Made by a program: the position numbers and the translations under genes
Notes under the pieces: generated by a model
What the model saw: only the letters and a program-made list of their open reading frames with translations
What the model was told of the DNA's origin: nothing
The model's database searches: none
In this document: positions 39,610-48,931 of the stretch, piece by piece
How positions within the stretch are numbered: position 1 is the stretch's first letter
Layout: every line of letters starts with the position of its first letter
Source: an uncultured Desulfatitalea sp.
Lineage (GTDB): Bacteria > Desulfobacterota > Desulfobacteria > Desulfobacterales > Desulfosarcinaceae
Direction of reading: 5' to 3'
Length of the DNA stretch: 64,000 bases
Assembly (NCBI GenBank): GCA_963668675.2
Contig: CAXXMB010000001.1
Coordinates: 1,184,001 to 1,248,000 of the forward strand

Positions 39610-40374
39610 ATGAAGTTTGACGCAAAAAAATCAGCACGGCTAGAGGCCCTGATTGCGGAGAGCCAATCTCTGGTGATATTTACCGGTGCCGGCATCAGCA
39701 CCGAATCGGGCATCCCTGATTTCAGAAGCAAGGGGGGCATCTGGACCAAATACAAGCCCATCGACTTCAGGGATTTTATGGCGGACGAGGAACAGCGCCG
39801 TGCCTCGTGGCGCATGAAGTTCGCTACGGAGCGCCTGATCGCCGACGCCAAACCCAACGCCGGCCACAAGGCCATTGCCAGGCTGCATTCGATGGGTAAA
39901 CTCAGCAGCGTGATTACGCAAAACATCGACGGCTTGCACCAGGCGTCCGGTATTCCTGATGAAGCGGTGATCGAACTGCATGGTAACAGCACCTACGCCA
40001 TCTGCCTCGACTGCGAAAAGCGTTATGAGCTTGACCATATCCGCAGCATTTTCCTGCCCGACGAAACCCTGCCGACCTGCGACGCCTGCGGTGGCATTGT
40101 CAAGACCGCCACCATCTCCTTCGGGCAGTCAATGCCGGCACGCGAGATGAAGCTGGCCGAAGAGCAGGCCCTGGCTTGCGATCTCTTTATCGCCATCGGC
40201 TCTTCTCTGGTGGTCTATCCGGCCGCCGGATTTCCCCTGCTGGCCAAACAGAACGGTTCGAAGCTGGCGATCATCAACCGGGACCCAACGGAGCTCGATC
40301 GCTATGCCGACCTGGTGATCAATGCCGAAATCGGCGAGACGCTCAATGCGGTTTTGGGAGATAGCGCGCCGTAG
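39610..40374 (+). CDS. cobB: Sir2-family NAD-dependent protein deacylase
   Basis: TGAGISTESGIPDFR, ITQNIDGLH, ELHG, CLDC...CDAC, GSSLVVYPAA. Confidence 0.9.
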   Translation: MKFDAKKSARLEALIAESQSLVIFTGAGISTESGIPDFRSKGGIWTKYKPIDFRDFMADEEQRRASWRMKFATERLIADAKPNAGHKAIARLHSMGKLSSVITQNIDGLHQASGIPDEAVIELHGNSTYAICLDCEKRYELDHIRSIFLPDETLPTCDACGGIVKTATISFGQSMPAREMKLAEEQALACDLFIAIGSSLVVYPAAGFPLLAKQNGSKLAIINRDPTELDRYADLVINAEIGETLNAVLGDSAP

Positions 40375-40429
40375 CGCTACCCTTCGGAAGGGATGAAACA
40401 ACTGCGGAGAGATGGCAGCCGTCCATGGG

Positions 40430-41359
40430 TCAAAAACTTTCCAGGCTGCCAATCAGCTGCCCGATGGAGGCCATGCGCTTTTCACGCAGGTAGTCACCGA
40501 TGCCGTCGACGATCTCCATGGTGCAATGCGGGTTGACAAAGTTGGCCGTTCCAACCTGCACGGCGCTGGCTCCTGCGATGATAAACTCCAATGCGTCCTC
40601 GGCATTCATGATGCCGCCGATACCGATCACCGGCACACTGACCGATTGGGCCACCTGCCACACCATGCGAAGGGCCACCGGTTTGATGGCCGGCCCGGAG
40701 AGGCCTCCGGTGTTATTGGCCAATTTGGGTCTGCGAGTGTGGATATCGATGGCCATACCGGTGATGGTGTTGATCAGAGAGACAGCATCTGCCCCCCCAT
40801 CCACCACACTTCGCGCAATGAGGGTGATATCGGTGACATTGGGCGAAAGCTTTACGATCAGGGGGCCCTGGTATCGGCGACGAACCTCCTCCGTCACCCT
40901 GCCGGCTGTTATGGGGTCGGAACCGAATGCCACCCCGCCCTGCTTCACATTGGGGCACGAGATGTTCACCTCGATGCCGGACACCCCCTCGATATCGCCG
41001 AGCCTTGCCGCCAATTCGCTGTAAGCATCGATATCGGTACCATAGATATTGGCCACTACCGGCGTTTCGATCCGCTTCAAGTGCGGCAGCTTCTCGTTGA
41101 TGAAGGTTTCCACACCGACATTTTCAAGGCCGATGGCATTGAGCAGTCCGCAAGGTGTCTCGGCGATGCGCGGTGGCGGGTTGCCTTTGGACGGTTGGAG
41201 CGATAGCCCCTTGACGACGATGCCGCCCAGGCGTTTCAAATCCAGCAGCGCTTCGAACTCCCTGGCATAACCAAAGGTTCCGGATGCTGTCATTACAGGA
41301 TTTTCCAACCTTAGGCGGCCTATGTCGACGGAGAGGTCTGGAGCCATTGTGCGTTCCAA
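40430..41359 (-). CDS. pyrD: Dihydroorotate dehydrogenase, family 1B catalytic subunit
   Basis: NPVMTASGTFG, GNPPPRIAET, EVNISCPN, VKLSPNVT, GGLSGPAIKP. Confidence 0.95.
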   Translation of the reverse strand: MERTMAPDLSVDIGRLRLENPVMTASGTFGYAREFEALLDLKRLGGIVVKGLSLQPSKGNPPPRIAETPCGLLNAIGLENVGVETFINEKLPHLKRIETPVVANIYGTDIDAYSELAARLGDIEGVSGIEVNISCPNVKQGGVAFGSDPITAGRVTEEVRRRYQGPLIVKLSPNVTDITLIARSVVDGGADAVSLINTITGMAIDIHTRRPKLANNTGGLSGPAIKPVALRMVWQVAQSVSVPVIGIGGIMNAEDALEFIIAGASAVQVGTANFVNPHCTMEIVDGIGDYLREKRMASIGQLIGSLESF

Positions 41360-41529
41360 TCCTTATCGTATATGATCGGTCTATCCAGCCGAAATGGTCC
41401 TTATTGAAGCGCCCACTCTATATCCCATCTGCGCATCATATCAAGCGCAAAGCACAAAGCGCTCATTGGATAGCACAAGATATTCGCACCTTCCAGAAAA
41501 ACGATTAAAGGAGTGCCTGTTCTTGGCTA

Positions 41530-41556
41530 TAAAGTTCTCGAAATTAGGGTCGATAA
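41530..41556 (+). promoter_or_regulatory. Sigma28 (FliA)-type promoter
   Basis: TAAAGTT...GTCGATAA fits TAAA-N15-GCCGATAA with one mismatch; ends 58 nt before the DGC start. Confidence 0.7.
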
Positions 41557-41614
41557 TATGGATATACCCAGATGGTAGACCGATACTAAAACACAGGAAG
41601 GCTCTGTTATAAAA

Positions 41615-42712
41615 ATGAAACTGTTGAAACGATCCGGTGCTCCGTCGCCAGATTCGACTCCGGAGGCTCTGATTCGCCAGGCAGATGAGTTCAAGGAGCG
41701 CTCTGATATGCTGCTGCGCAGTGTCGATGTGATGCTGCGTTTTTTAAAAGCGTTTGCGCTGGACATTGAGGAGATCCAGTCCGAACGGTACAAAGAAGAG
41801 CTGCAGGAGCTAACGGAGCGCTTCCAGACCGAAGAACGCAGCAAACGGTTGGAGCTCCATTTCGAACGACAAAAAGAGCGCATCCTCAATTTCATCGAAC
41901 GCCAAAAGAGCTACATCCAGGACAGTGAGACGGAGCTGCGGGACATCATCGATCTGCTCACCAAGGCCATGGCCAATCTCAATATAGAGAATATAGAATT
42001 TTACCACCGCATTCATGAGCAGGGCGAAAAAATCATAGAAATCAGCGGGCTCAACGACATCAAAAAAATAAAGAATGCCCTCAAAATCGAAGTCGAACAG
42101 ATGTGGGAGATGGTAGAACTCAAGCAGGACCAGGAGAAGCGCCAGATACAATCCCTGGCCAAACAGGTCAATACGCTGCAAGCCGAACTGGAAGTGGCCA
42201 AAAAGAGATCCATGACCGACGGCCTCACCGGGGTCTATAACCGACATGCACTGGATCAATATCTCACCGACAGAATCGAACGCAACCACATGGTGCATAG
42301 CGACTTCAGCCTTATGATGATCGACATCGACAACTTTAAATTGATCAATGACAAATATGGTCACCCGATCGGCGACCGGGTCCTGGTCGCACTGGCCCAA
42401 AAATGCAGGGGCGCTATTCGTGGAGACGATTTTCTGGCACGCTATGGCGGTGAGGAGTTCACGATCATTCTGGAAGGCGCAACCTTTCGCAATGCGCTTA
42501 AGAAGGCTCGCAGTATCTGCAACAATATCGCTTCGGTGCGTTATGCCACCTCCGAATCCCAGACTGATGACTACCTGAGCATGACAGTCAGCATTGGAAT
42601 GAGCCAGTTCAAAAAAGGCGACACGCCCAAGGAATTGATTGCCCGCGCTGACAAGGCGTTGTATGAAGCCAAACACAAAGGTAAAAACTGCGCGGTAGGG
42701 AAAAAATCCTGA
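41615..42712 (+). CDS. Cytoplasmic diguanylate cyclase (coiled coil plus GGDEF domain)
   Basis: TDGLTGVYNR, DIDNFKLINDKYGHPIGD, I-site RGDD, RYGGEEF, ADKALYEAK. Confidence 0.93.
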   Translation: MKLLKRSGAPSPDSTPEALIRQADEFKERSDMLLRSVDVMLRFLKAFALDIEEIQSERYKEELQELTERFQTEERSKRLELHFERQKERILNFIERQKSYIQDSETELRDIIDLLTKAMANLNIENIEFYHRIHEQGEKIIEISGLNDIKKIKNALKIEVEQMWEMVELKQDQEKRQIQSLAKQVNTLQAELEVAKKRSMTDGLTGVYNRHALDQYLTDRIERNHMVHSDFSLMMIDIDNFKLINDKYGHPIGDRVLVALAQKCRGAIRGDDFLARYGGEEFTIILEGATFRNALKKARSICNNIASVRYATSESQTDDYLSMTVSIGMSQFKKGDTPKELIARADKALYEAKHKGKNCAVGKKS

Positions 42713-43015
42713 GCCGTTACAACTTTCACGGGCGGGAGTTCATAACCAACATATCCTATTCATTCAGTTAACCACCGTATCGATTGCCATAAAACATGCC
42801 TTGCTCTTAGTGACCATTGACAAATCATTGACGCCCATTAGTTTGTGAAGTTACGCAAAAACAGACCAAAAATGGGCATATTGACAGATTTTGGGGCCCC
42901 ATGGGCGGGTCGCCAGCAGGATGCATCAGCAAAATGGAATCGCACAGATGCCATTACAATTGAAATTGCACGAAAATTTAACGCTTAGAAAATAATCGTC
43001 TGATAGACGTTTGGG

Positions 43016-43031
43016 CGGCAGTGCATTTGCA
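43016..43031 (+). promoter_or_regulatory. Putative sigma54 promoter (-24/-12)
   Basis: CGGCAGTGCATTTGCA: GG-N10-GC, about 50 nt upstream of the PHP gene. Confidence 0.5.
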
Positions 43032-43078
43032 TATCCTAACGCCATCGAGAGATAAGCCCATCCGAGGAGGAGTACCAT

Positions 43079-43996
43079 ATGTCCCAAAGTGATCGCGTTC
43101 AGTTCGAACAACCTGATCTGAATCACCTCAACCAAAACTACACAGTCGTGGATCTTCACTTTCACTCAACCTATTCCGACGGATTGAATCGTATCGATAA
43201 AATTGCCGCCAAAGCCCGCAAATTGGGAATCGGAATCGCCATCACCGATCACAATGAGATCCGCGGTGCGCTGGAGATCGACCAATACAAAGACATTTTT
43301 TCGATCCCCGGCATCGAATTGACGGTTGCAGAAGGATCGCACCTTCTGGTCTACTTTTACGATACGGCGGAGCTCCAACGCTTCTACGAAAACGAAGTGG
43401 CACCCAATATGGGGACGGGTGTGATGAGTTCCCTGCGGTTGACTATGACCGAAGCCATTGAAAGAAGCCGCCGCTATCGCTGTGTGGTCATTTTTGCACA
43501 CCCTTATTGCGCCATGTACACAGGCATCTGTAACGTCCAATTTTCTGAGGGTGAATTGAAGCATCTATTGGATATGGCTGATGGCGTGGAGGCGATCAAC
43601 GCCAACAACCTGAACCGGTGGAACCTGAAGTGCGCGGTCTTGGGGTTTAACACCCGGAAAGCAATGGTCGGTGGCAGCGATGGCCATGCCCTCAACCATA
43701 TGGGGCGTGCGGTGAGCTACGCCAAGTGCGGTAGAACACGAAAGGACTTTCTGGATGCCGTCCTCAACAAGCAGAACTGGGTGGCCGGAAAAGAGATCGC
43801 GTTTTTGCGCAAGGTGACCACCAACAGCCTCAAACTACGTTCCAACATAGGCAACTGCCCGGATCTTATAGAAAAAAACTTCCGTTACGGCCGAAAGGTC
43901 ATCCAGTTCAAATCATGTGCGTTGCGCAATCAGGTCAAACGCAGGATCGAGCACCATTTCAAACAGGATCGATTGCGCAACTATTTGGGCATTTAG
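43079..43996 (+). CDS. PHP-domain metallophosphoesterase
   Basis: DLHFHSTYSDG, ITDHN, PGIELT, AHP, GGSDGH; GAGGAG RBS. Confidence 0.88.
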   Translation: MSQSDRVQFEQPDLNHLNQNYTVVDLHFHSTYSDGLNRIDKIAAKARKLGIGIAITDHNEIRGALEIDQYKDIFSIPGIELTVAEGSHLLVYFYDTAELQRFYENEVAPNMGTGVMSSLRLTMTEAIERSRRYRCVVIFAHPYCAMYTGICNVQFSEGELKHLLDMADGVEAINANNLNRWNLKCAVLGFNTRKAMVGGSDGHALNHMGRAVSYAKCGRTRKDFLDAVLNKQNWVAGKEIAFLRKVTTNSLKLRSNIGNCPDLIEKNFRYGRKVIQFKSCALRNQVKRRIEHHFKQDRLRNYLGI

Positions 43997-44011
43997 GGTC
44001 CACGCGGGGCA

Positions 44012-44578
44012 CTAACGCACTCGACCCATAAATTTACCCGTCTCGGTATTGATCCGGATTCGGTCACCGGGTGCCATATATTCGGGCACCAACACCACCC
44101 GTCCATTGGGCAGGGTGGCAGGTTTGTTTCGGTTGGTGGCCGTGGCCCCCTTGATGACGGGTGCGGTCTCTTCAATTTCAAGCGCAACGGAGGCAGGCAA
44201 CTCGATGGCCACCACCTGCCCATCGAGCATCAACGCAACCAATCCCTCCATATTTTCCGTCAACCAGTCCTTCTGATCCTCCAACTGATCGATACTCAGG
44301 CTGTACTGCTCGAAGTTCTCCGCGTCCATGAAATGAAACGTCTCCGGATCGGAATAGAGGTAGGTGATCGATCTGCGTTCAAGAATCAACTCCTCCAGCG
44401 CATCATTACTTTTGAAGCTCTGCTCTAAGTTTTGCCCGCCGGGAATCGTAGTGAACCGCACCCGGTAGAGCGTATTGGCACCCCGGGCGGAAGGGGTCTG
44501 AACATCTATATCACGCACCTGACACGCGGCGCCGTTGAGGCTGACCACGTTACCTTTACGCAGTTGTGAAGCTTTCAC
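44012..44578 (-). CDS. efpL: Elongation factor P-like protein EfpL (YeiP)
   Basis: KASQLRKG, loop TPSARGANTLY, FMDAENFEQY, KPATL..G....VPEY...GD.IRINT; GTG start with AAGGAG RBS. Confidence 0.9.
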   Translation of the reverse strand: MKASQLRKGNVVSLNGAACQVRDIDVQTPSARGANTLYRVRFTTIPGGQNLEQSFKSNDALEELILERRSITYLYSDPETFHFMDAENFEQYSLSIDQLEDQKDWLTENMEGLVALMLDGQVVAIELPASVALEIEETAPVIKGATATNRNKPATLPNGRVVLVPEYMAPGDRIRINTETGKFMGRVR

Positions 44579-44781
44579 GTCGGATGGCTCCTTTCTCTGT
44601 ATCGATAACCGCAACTATCATTCTGATCGTCTCTACTTCAAATATGTAATATGTCCTTCAAATTTGAAAGTATTTATAGATCAGCAAACTACCCAACTCT
44701 CATCTGTCGCATCTTTATAAAATGCCCCATTCCCTCTCTGGCAAAGAGTTTAAAGCGTCATGCCGAATACTAAGGGAGCAC

Positions 44782-44797
44782 AGGCATGCTTATTGCA
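44782..44797 (+). promoter_or_regulatory. Putative sigma54 promoter
   Basis: AGGCATGCTTATTGCA: GG-N10-GC with GGCA and TTGCA cores. Confidence 0.55.
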
Positions 44798-44894
44798 TTA
44801 ATATTTATTAAAAACAATAAAAGATCTCACCCAAAGGGCGGATCATCAATCTCTTGCGGAACCGTGTGACAGGAAAGGAGCGTTAGAAGTAGAA

Positions 44895-45206
44895 ATGATT
44901 GATCGTTTTCGAAGATTTAAACTGCCCACGACGGTAGAAGAGGCCGTAGATGTACTGATTTCGGATTTAACGACCCAACAGATGGCTGCCATGGGTCATA
45001 TGACCGACGAGGAGTTCGACCGGTTGTGCCGACAACTGGTGCCGTACCTGCAACACGATTTCCGCCTGTGGACAGGCAATGATCGGCTGCTTTTCGACTG
45101 TTTCGACACGGTGGATAACGACACCTCTAACGACCCGATGCGAATCATCATGGAGCGCATGCGGGAGCGCCTGTTATCCGATCAGGGTGTCTTTATTGCG
45201 TATTAG
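44895..45206 (+). CDS. Small hypothetical protein (resembles DUF6794-type domain)
   Basis: LPTTVEEAVDVLISDL...FRLWTGNDRLL..C; family match recalled from memory only. Confidence 0.55.
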   Translation: MIDRFRRFKLPTTVEEAVDVLISDLTTQQMAAMGHMTDEEFDRLCRQLVPYLQHDFRLWTGNDRLLFDCFDTVDNDTSNDPMRIIMERMRERLLSDQGVFIAY

Positions 45207-45393
45207 GCAACCAACGGCTTAGTGGGGTGACTGCGCCTGCCTTTTAGAGGGCCACCTGATCGATTAGATAAAAATATTGTCCCTCCAAATGGCCTCGTGA
45301 ATTGCATCTTATGTTTCAGCACTTTCTGATTGCGAACTGCAAATTATGAATTAAGTTAAATCCTGTATTTTCGCCGTCACGAGAGAAAGGAAT

Positions 45394-45795
45394 ATGCAAA
45401 TGCCATCGACATCAAAACCAGTCGCCCCGTTGGACAAGGTCACCCTGCGCATCAGGGCAATTCCCAGAAATCAAACCGATTCATCGAAAAACGATACATC
45501 GGAGCTCTCTTTTATCTGCGGTATCGGATCGGCAGGCCTGGTACCCTTCGAACAGATGCTTTGTAACAAATCCGTTGACGAACGCTTTTCCCTGCCAGTC
45601 GAGCCTGGAACAGGCGATGAGCTCTTTGGGCACCTGAGCTGCGTGTTGAGTCAAACCATCGGGTTCACGGCACCTTGCGACCTTGACATCACCATCGCAG
45701 CGGTCGCCGTTGCACAGGGGCATGAAGTGGTCAAAGCCATGGCCCAGATGTCTGAAGGTTGTGGCGGCGGTTGCGACTGCGGATGCGGCTGCTGA
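45394..45795 (+). CDS. Degenerate FKBP/SlyD-like protein with a Cys-rich C-terminal tail
   Basis: LSFICGIGSAGLVPFEQML.NK..DE.FSL.VEP resembles the SlyD core; tail GCGGGCDCGCGC; AAGGA RBS. Confidence 0.6.
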   Translation: MQMPSTSKPVAPLDKVTLRIRAIPRNQTDSSKNDTSELSFICGIGSAGLVPFEQMLCNKSVDERFSLPVEPGTGDELFGHLSCVLSQTIGFTAPCDLDITIAAVAVAQGHEVVKAMAQMSEGCGGGCDCGCGC

Positions 45796-46099
45796 ACGCC
45801 CTCTCCTTTTGGCTCAATATGGACCAGCGAATACTCCATTTTTCATGCTCTCTTGCACATGCCAGCTCCTTTTGCCTGCTTTGCATGACAACCGCATAAA
45901 CCCAATTGGGGCTTTACACATGCCTTCGATCCTGCCCATTTTTAATTCATTGATTTAATTCGCTGAATTTCATATAAAGTACTTTGAGGCCAAACAGGCG
46001 CCGATTGATGCCCAGGCCCTCTCTTAAAGAAAACGCATGCAGGTATTGAACAGCGGATCATCAAGCAAAACGTCGACGGTAATCCACCTGGAGCAACAC

Positions 46100-47557
46100 A
46101 TGTATCGTGACAACTACATCAAAGCCCTTCGATCCGAGATGTTGGAAATGGTTGCCGAGCAGTTGACGCCTGTGGCCCTGCGCTACGGATATAGCAATGT
46201 CCCTCTTGAAACCACCATCAAATGGCGTCCCCAGGTCCTTGTTTTGGGCGGCTACTCCTCGGGCAAATCGACGTTGATCAACGATTTTCTGGGGACCGAA
46301 ATTCAAGCAACAGGCCAAGCCCCCACAGACGATTCGTTCACGATCATCACCTATGACGACACATTGCCGGAAGACGAACCGGTTCAGGTGACCGAATCGC
46401 GAGATGGCAAATTCCTGCTCAACGACAGCGAGTACCCGTTTGAAATGCTGAAAAAGCATGGCCAGCGATTCGCCGCCCATTTTCGCCTCAAAAAAGTCAA
46501 CTCGCCGTTTCTCAAGAACCTGGCTATCATCGATACGCCTGGTATGCTCGACAGTATTACCGAGAGGGACCGCGGATACGACTACCAGGAGGTCATCGGC
46601 GACCTGGCCCAGATCGCCGATCTGGTGCTTGTCCTCTTCGACCCGCATAAAGCCGGGACTGTCCGCGAAATCCACACCAGCCTCCGTGAAACGCTTCCGG
46701 CCAGAACCTTTGAGGACCGGGTGCTCTTCGTGCTCAACCGGATTGACGAGTGCGCCTCGATGATCGACCTGCTGCGCGTATACGGAACCTTGTGCTGGAA
46801 TCTCTCCCAGATCACCGGCCGCAAAGACATCCCCATGATCCATTTGAGCTATTCGCTGAAGGACAACAAGGAGATCTCCAAAAAAAAGGAGATGAGCTAT
46901 CTGAGCCATCTTGAAAACCAGCGCGAAGAGTTAAAAAAGGCCGTCCAGCAGGCGCCTCGGTATCGTCTGGACAACCTGGCCGCCTTTGTCGAAACCCACG
47001 GGGAGCGGTTGACTCACTTTCTCGAAGCGTTGATCAGTTACCGCAAGCGCGCCCGCAAGTTCGGATTCAATGCTTTTCTCATCGCACTGATGGGAAGCCT
47101 CATTCTGGGCGGCGGCGCTTTCCTGCTCGCCCTCATTTCACCGCCACTGGCGGGCATGGACATCATGATCACCAGCTTTGCTGCCGGCGGTGTTGCCTTG
47201 CTTGGCTTCGTCCTCTGGGCGACGACGTTGCGCCGCTTCTTCTATAAACGGTTCCACAGGAAGGCGCTAAAGAACATCAGCAATTTGACCTCGCTGTTCA
47301 ACCAAACACGAAAGGACAGCTGGGAGGCGGTGCGTGAATTGGTGCTTAATCACCTTCGCAGCACGAATGGGAGGTTCTCTCTTAGGGATGTCCGGCGTGA
47401 CTTCAGTATTGTCTGGCAAGTATATGAACGCGGCTCCCAGGAAATCCGTGACGCCTTGAAAGAACTCGAAGGGCTGTCGGCCGAAGAGGAGGAGGAATTC
47501 TTCAAGGCGCGATTGAACTTGGATGACCAGGGCAATCCCATGGATATGACCGCATAA
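46100..47557 (+). CDS. EHD-like dynamin-superfamily NTPase with two TM helices (ORF track start 46037)
   Basis: PQVLVLGGYSSGKS, GQAPTDD, IIDTPGML, RGYDY, LFDPHK, VLNRID, LLRVYGTLCW; GGAG RBS before ATG 46100. Confidence 0.85.
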   Translation: MYRDNYIKALRSEMLEMVAEQLTPVALRYGYSNVPLETTIKWRPQVLVLGGYSSGKSTLINDFLGTEIQATGQAPTDDSFTIITYDDTLPEDEPVQVTESRDGKFLLNDSEYPFEMLKKHGQRFAAHFRLKKVNSPFLKNLAIIDTPGMLDSITERDRGYDYQEVIGDLAQIADLVLVLFDPHKAGTVREIHTSLRETLPARTFEDRVLFVLNRIDECASMIDLLRVYGTLCWNLSQITGRKDIPMIHLSYSLKDNKEISKKKEMSYLSHLENQREELKKAVQQAPRYRLDNLAAFVETHGERLTHFLEALISYRKRARKFGFNAFLIALMGSLILGGGAFLLALISPPLAGMDIMITSFAAGGVALLGFVLWATTLRRFFYKRFHRKALKNISNLTSLFNQTRKDSWEAVRELVLNHLRSTNGRFSLRDVRRDFSIVWQVYERGSQEIRDALKELEGLSAEEEEEFFKARLNLDDQGNPMDMTA

Positions 47558-47585
47558 CGATTGCACTAAAACAGATGCGACAATC

Positions 47586-48119
47586 ATGGATTCCAAAACA
47601 AGCGACCAGGCCACGACTGGCGACCATCTTCAACCCGAAGAGATCCGCCGCCAAGCCCGTTCGCTGATCGATGCCCAACGCACCATGGTCCTGGCCACAG
47701 AAGAGCGAAATGTCCCCTGGACCGCACCTGTCTATTACGTCTACAGTGAGCCGCACTTTTACTTCTTTTCAAGCCCGAGGGCACGCCATATCCGACAAGC
47801 AGGGTCAGGCAAGGCGGTCGCCGCCTCAATTTTCTCCGATAGCGATCAATGGCTGGACATTCAAGGCCTGCAGATGAGCGGCACCCTCATGGAGGTAAAA
47901 AAGCCTACCGATCGGCTCAATGCGATAGCACGCTTTTTGATCAAATTTCCTTTTAGCAAACCTTTCCTGCAGCCCGAAGCGAAGCAGTTGAAAGGGGCGC
48001 CCGCTGTCGGAGCGAAGGTCAGGCTTTATGCGTTCACCCCCCAAGAGATCTACCTGGTGAACAACCGCATGGCGTTCGGTAAGCGGCTCCCGGTAGAATT
48101 GCAAAGGAGGGCAAGATGA
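47586..48119 (+). CDS. Pyridoxamine 5'-phosphate oxidase-like flavin-binding split-barrel protein (YhbP-like)
   Basis: TMVLAT, PWTAPVYY, FFSSPRARH, IQGLQMSG, NNRMAFGKR. Confidence 0.75.
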   Translation: MDSKTSDQATTGDHLQPEEIRRQARSLIDAQRTMVLATEERNVPWTAPVYYVYSEPHFYFFSSPRARHIRQAGSGKAVAASIFSDSDQWLDIQGLQMSGTLMEVKKPTDRLNAIARFLIKFPFSKPFLQPEAKQLKGAPAVGAKVRLYAFTPQEIYLVNNRMAFGKRLPVELQRRAR

Positions 48120-48922
48120 CAAGAGAAGGCAAGGATGCATATTCGGTATTAGACCGCCCGGAAGTACTGGGTGCCATTTTTCATCCCAGAGCGGAATCTA
48201 ATTTCGGGTCATCGGGAGCAATCGGAGAGGATCATCTGATTGATGTTGCGCCGGGCATCGCCATCGGAGCCCGCTTTCATATGGGCAGTCTATCGGATAC
48301 CAACATTCTCTACTTTCACGGCAATGGAGAGATTGTCGCCGATTACGATGAGCTCGCGCCCAGGTACAACGCGCTGGGAATCAATTTCATGGTTGTCGAT
48401 TTTCGCGGCTACGGCCGATCCACAGGATACCCGACGGTCAGCGGCATGATGGCGGACTGCCATGTTGCCCACGCCTATGTCCGAACATGGCTACAGCAAA
48501 ATGGCTACGACGGACCACTAGTGGTCATGGGAAGATCACTGGGGAGCGCATCGGCGCTCGAACTGGCGGCAGACGCTGAAAAGCGCATTGACGGATTGAT
48601 CATAGAAAGCGGCTTTGCTTTTGCCGAACCCCTATTGCGCCTGTTGGGCGTGGATATCCATGGAATCGGCTTCAAAGAGGACGAGGGCTTTCGCAATGTG
48701 GACAAAATCGGACAATTCAAGGGGCCAACCCTGGTAATCCATGCCGAATACGACCACATCATCCCCTTTTCCGACGGCCAGGCGCTTTATTCGGCCAGCC
48801 GGGCGGAAGAGAAACGGATGCTCAAGATCGAGGGGGCCAACCACAACGACATCTTTTTCCGCGGCATGCAGATCTATATGAAGACGATCGACAATTTCAA
48901 CCGATCGATCATTGGTCGATAA
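48116..48922 (+). CDS. Alpha/beta hydrolase
   Basis: YFHGNGE, DFRGYGRSTG, nucleophile elbow GRSLGS, IHAEYD, GANHND. Confidence 0.9.
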   Translation: MTREGKDAYSVLDRPEVLGAIFHPRAESNFGSSGAIGEDHLIDVAPGIAIGARFHMGSLSDTNILYFHGNGEIVADYDELAPRYNALGINFMVVDFRGYGRSTGYPTVSGMMADCHVAHAYVRTWLQQNGYDGPLVVMGRSLGSASALELAADAEKRIDGLIIESGFAFAEPLLRLLGVDIHGIGFKEDEGFRNVDKIGQFKGPTLVIHAEYDHIIPFSDGQALYSASRAEEKRMLKIEGANHNDIFFRGMQIYMKTIDNFNRSIIGR

Positions 48923-48931
48923 GATGAAGGC

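Noticed and set aside
39610..40374. Sir2 gene as an anti-phage NADase
   Set aside because: It is a stand-alone, Zn-binding CobB-type deacylase with no defence partner genes.
45290..45306. TGGCCTCGTGAATTGCA as a sigma54 promoter
   Set aside because: GG-to-GC spacing is 11 nt rather than the required 10.
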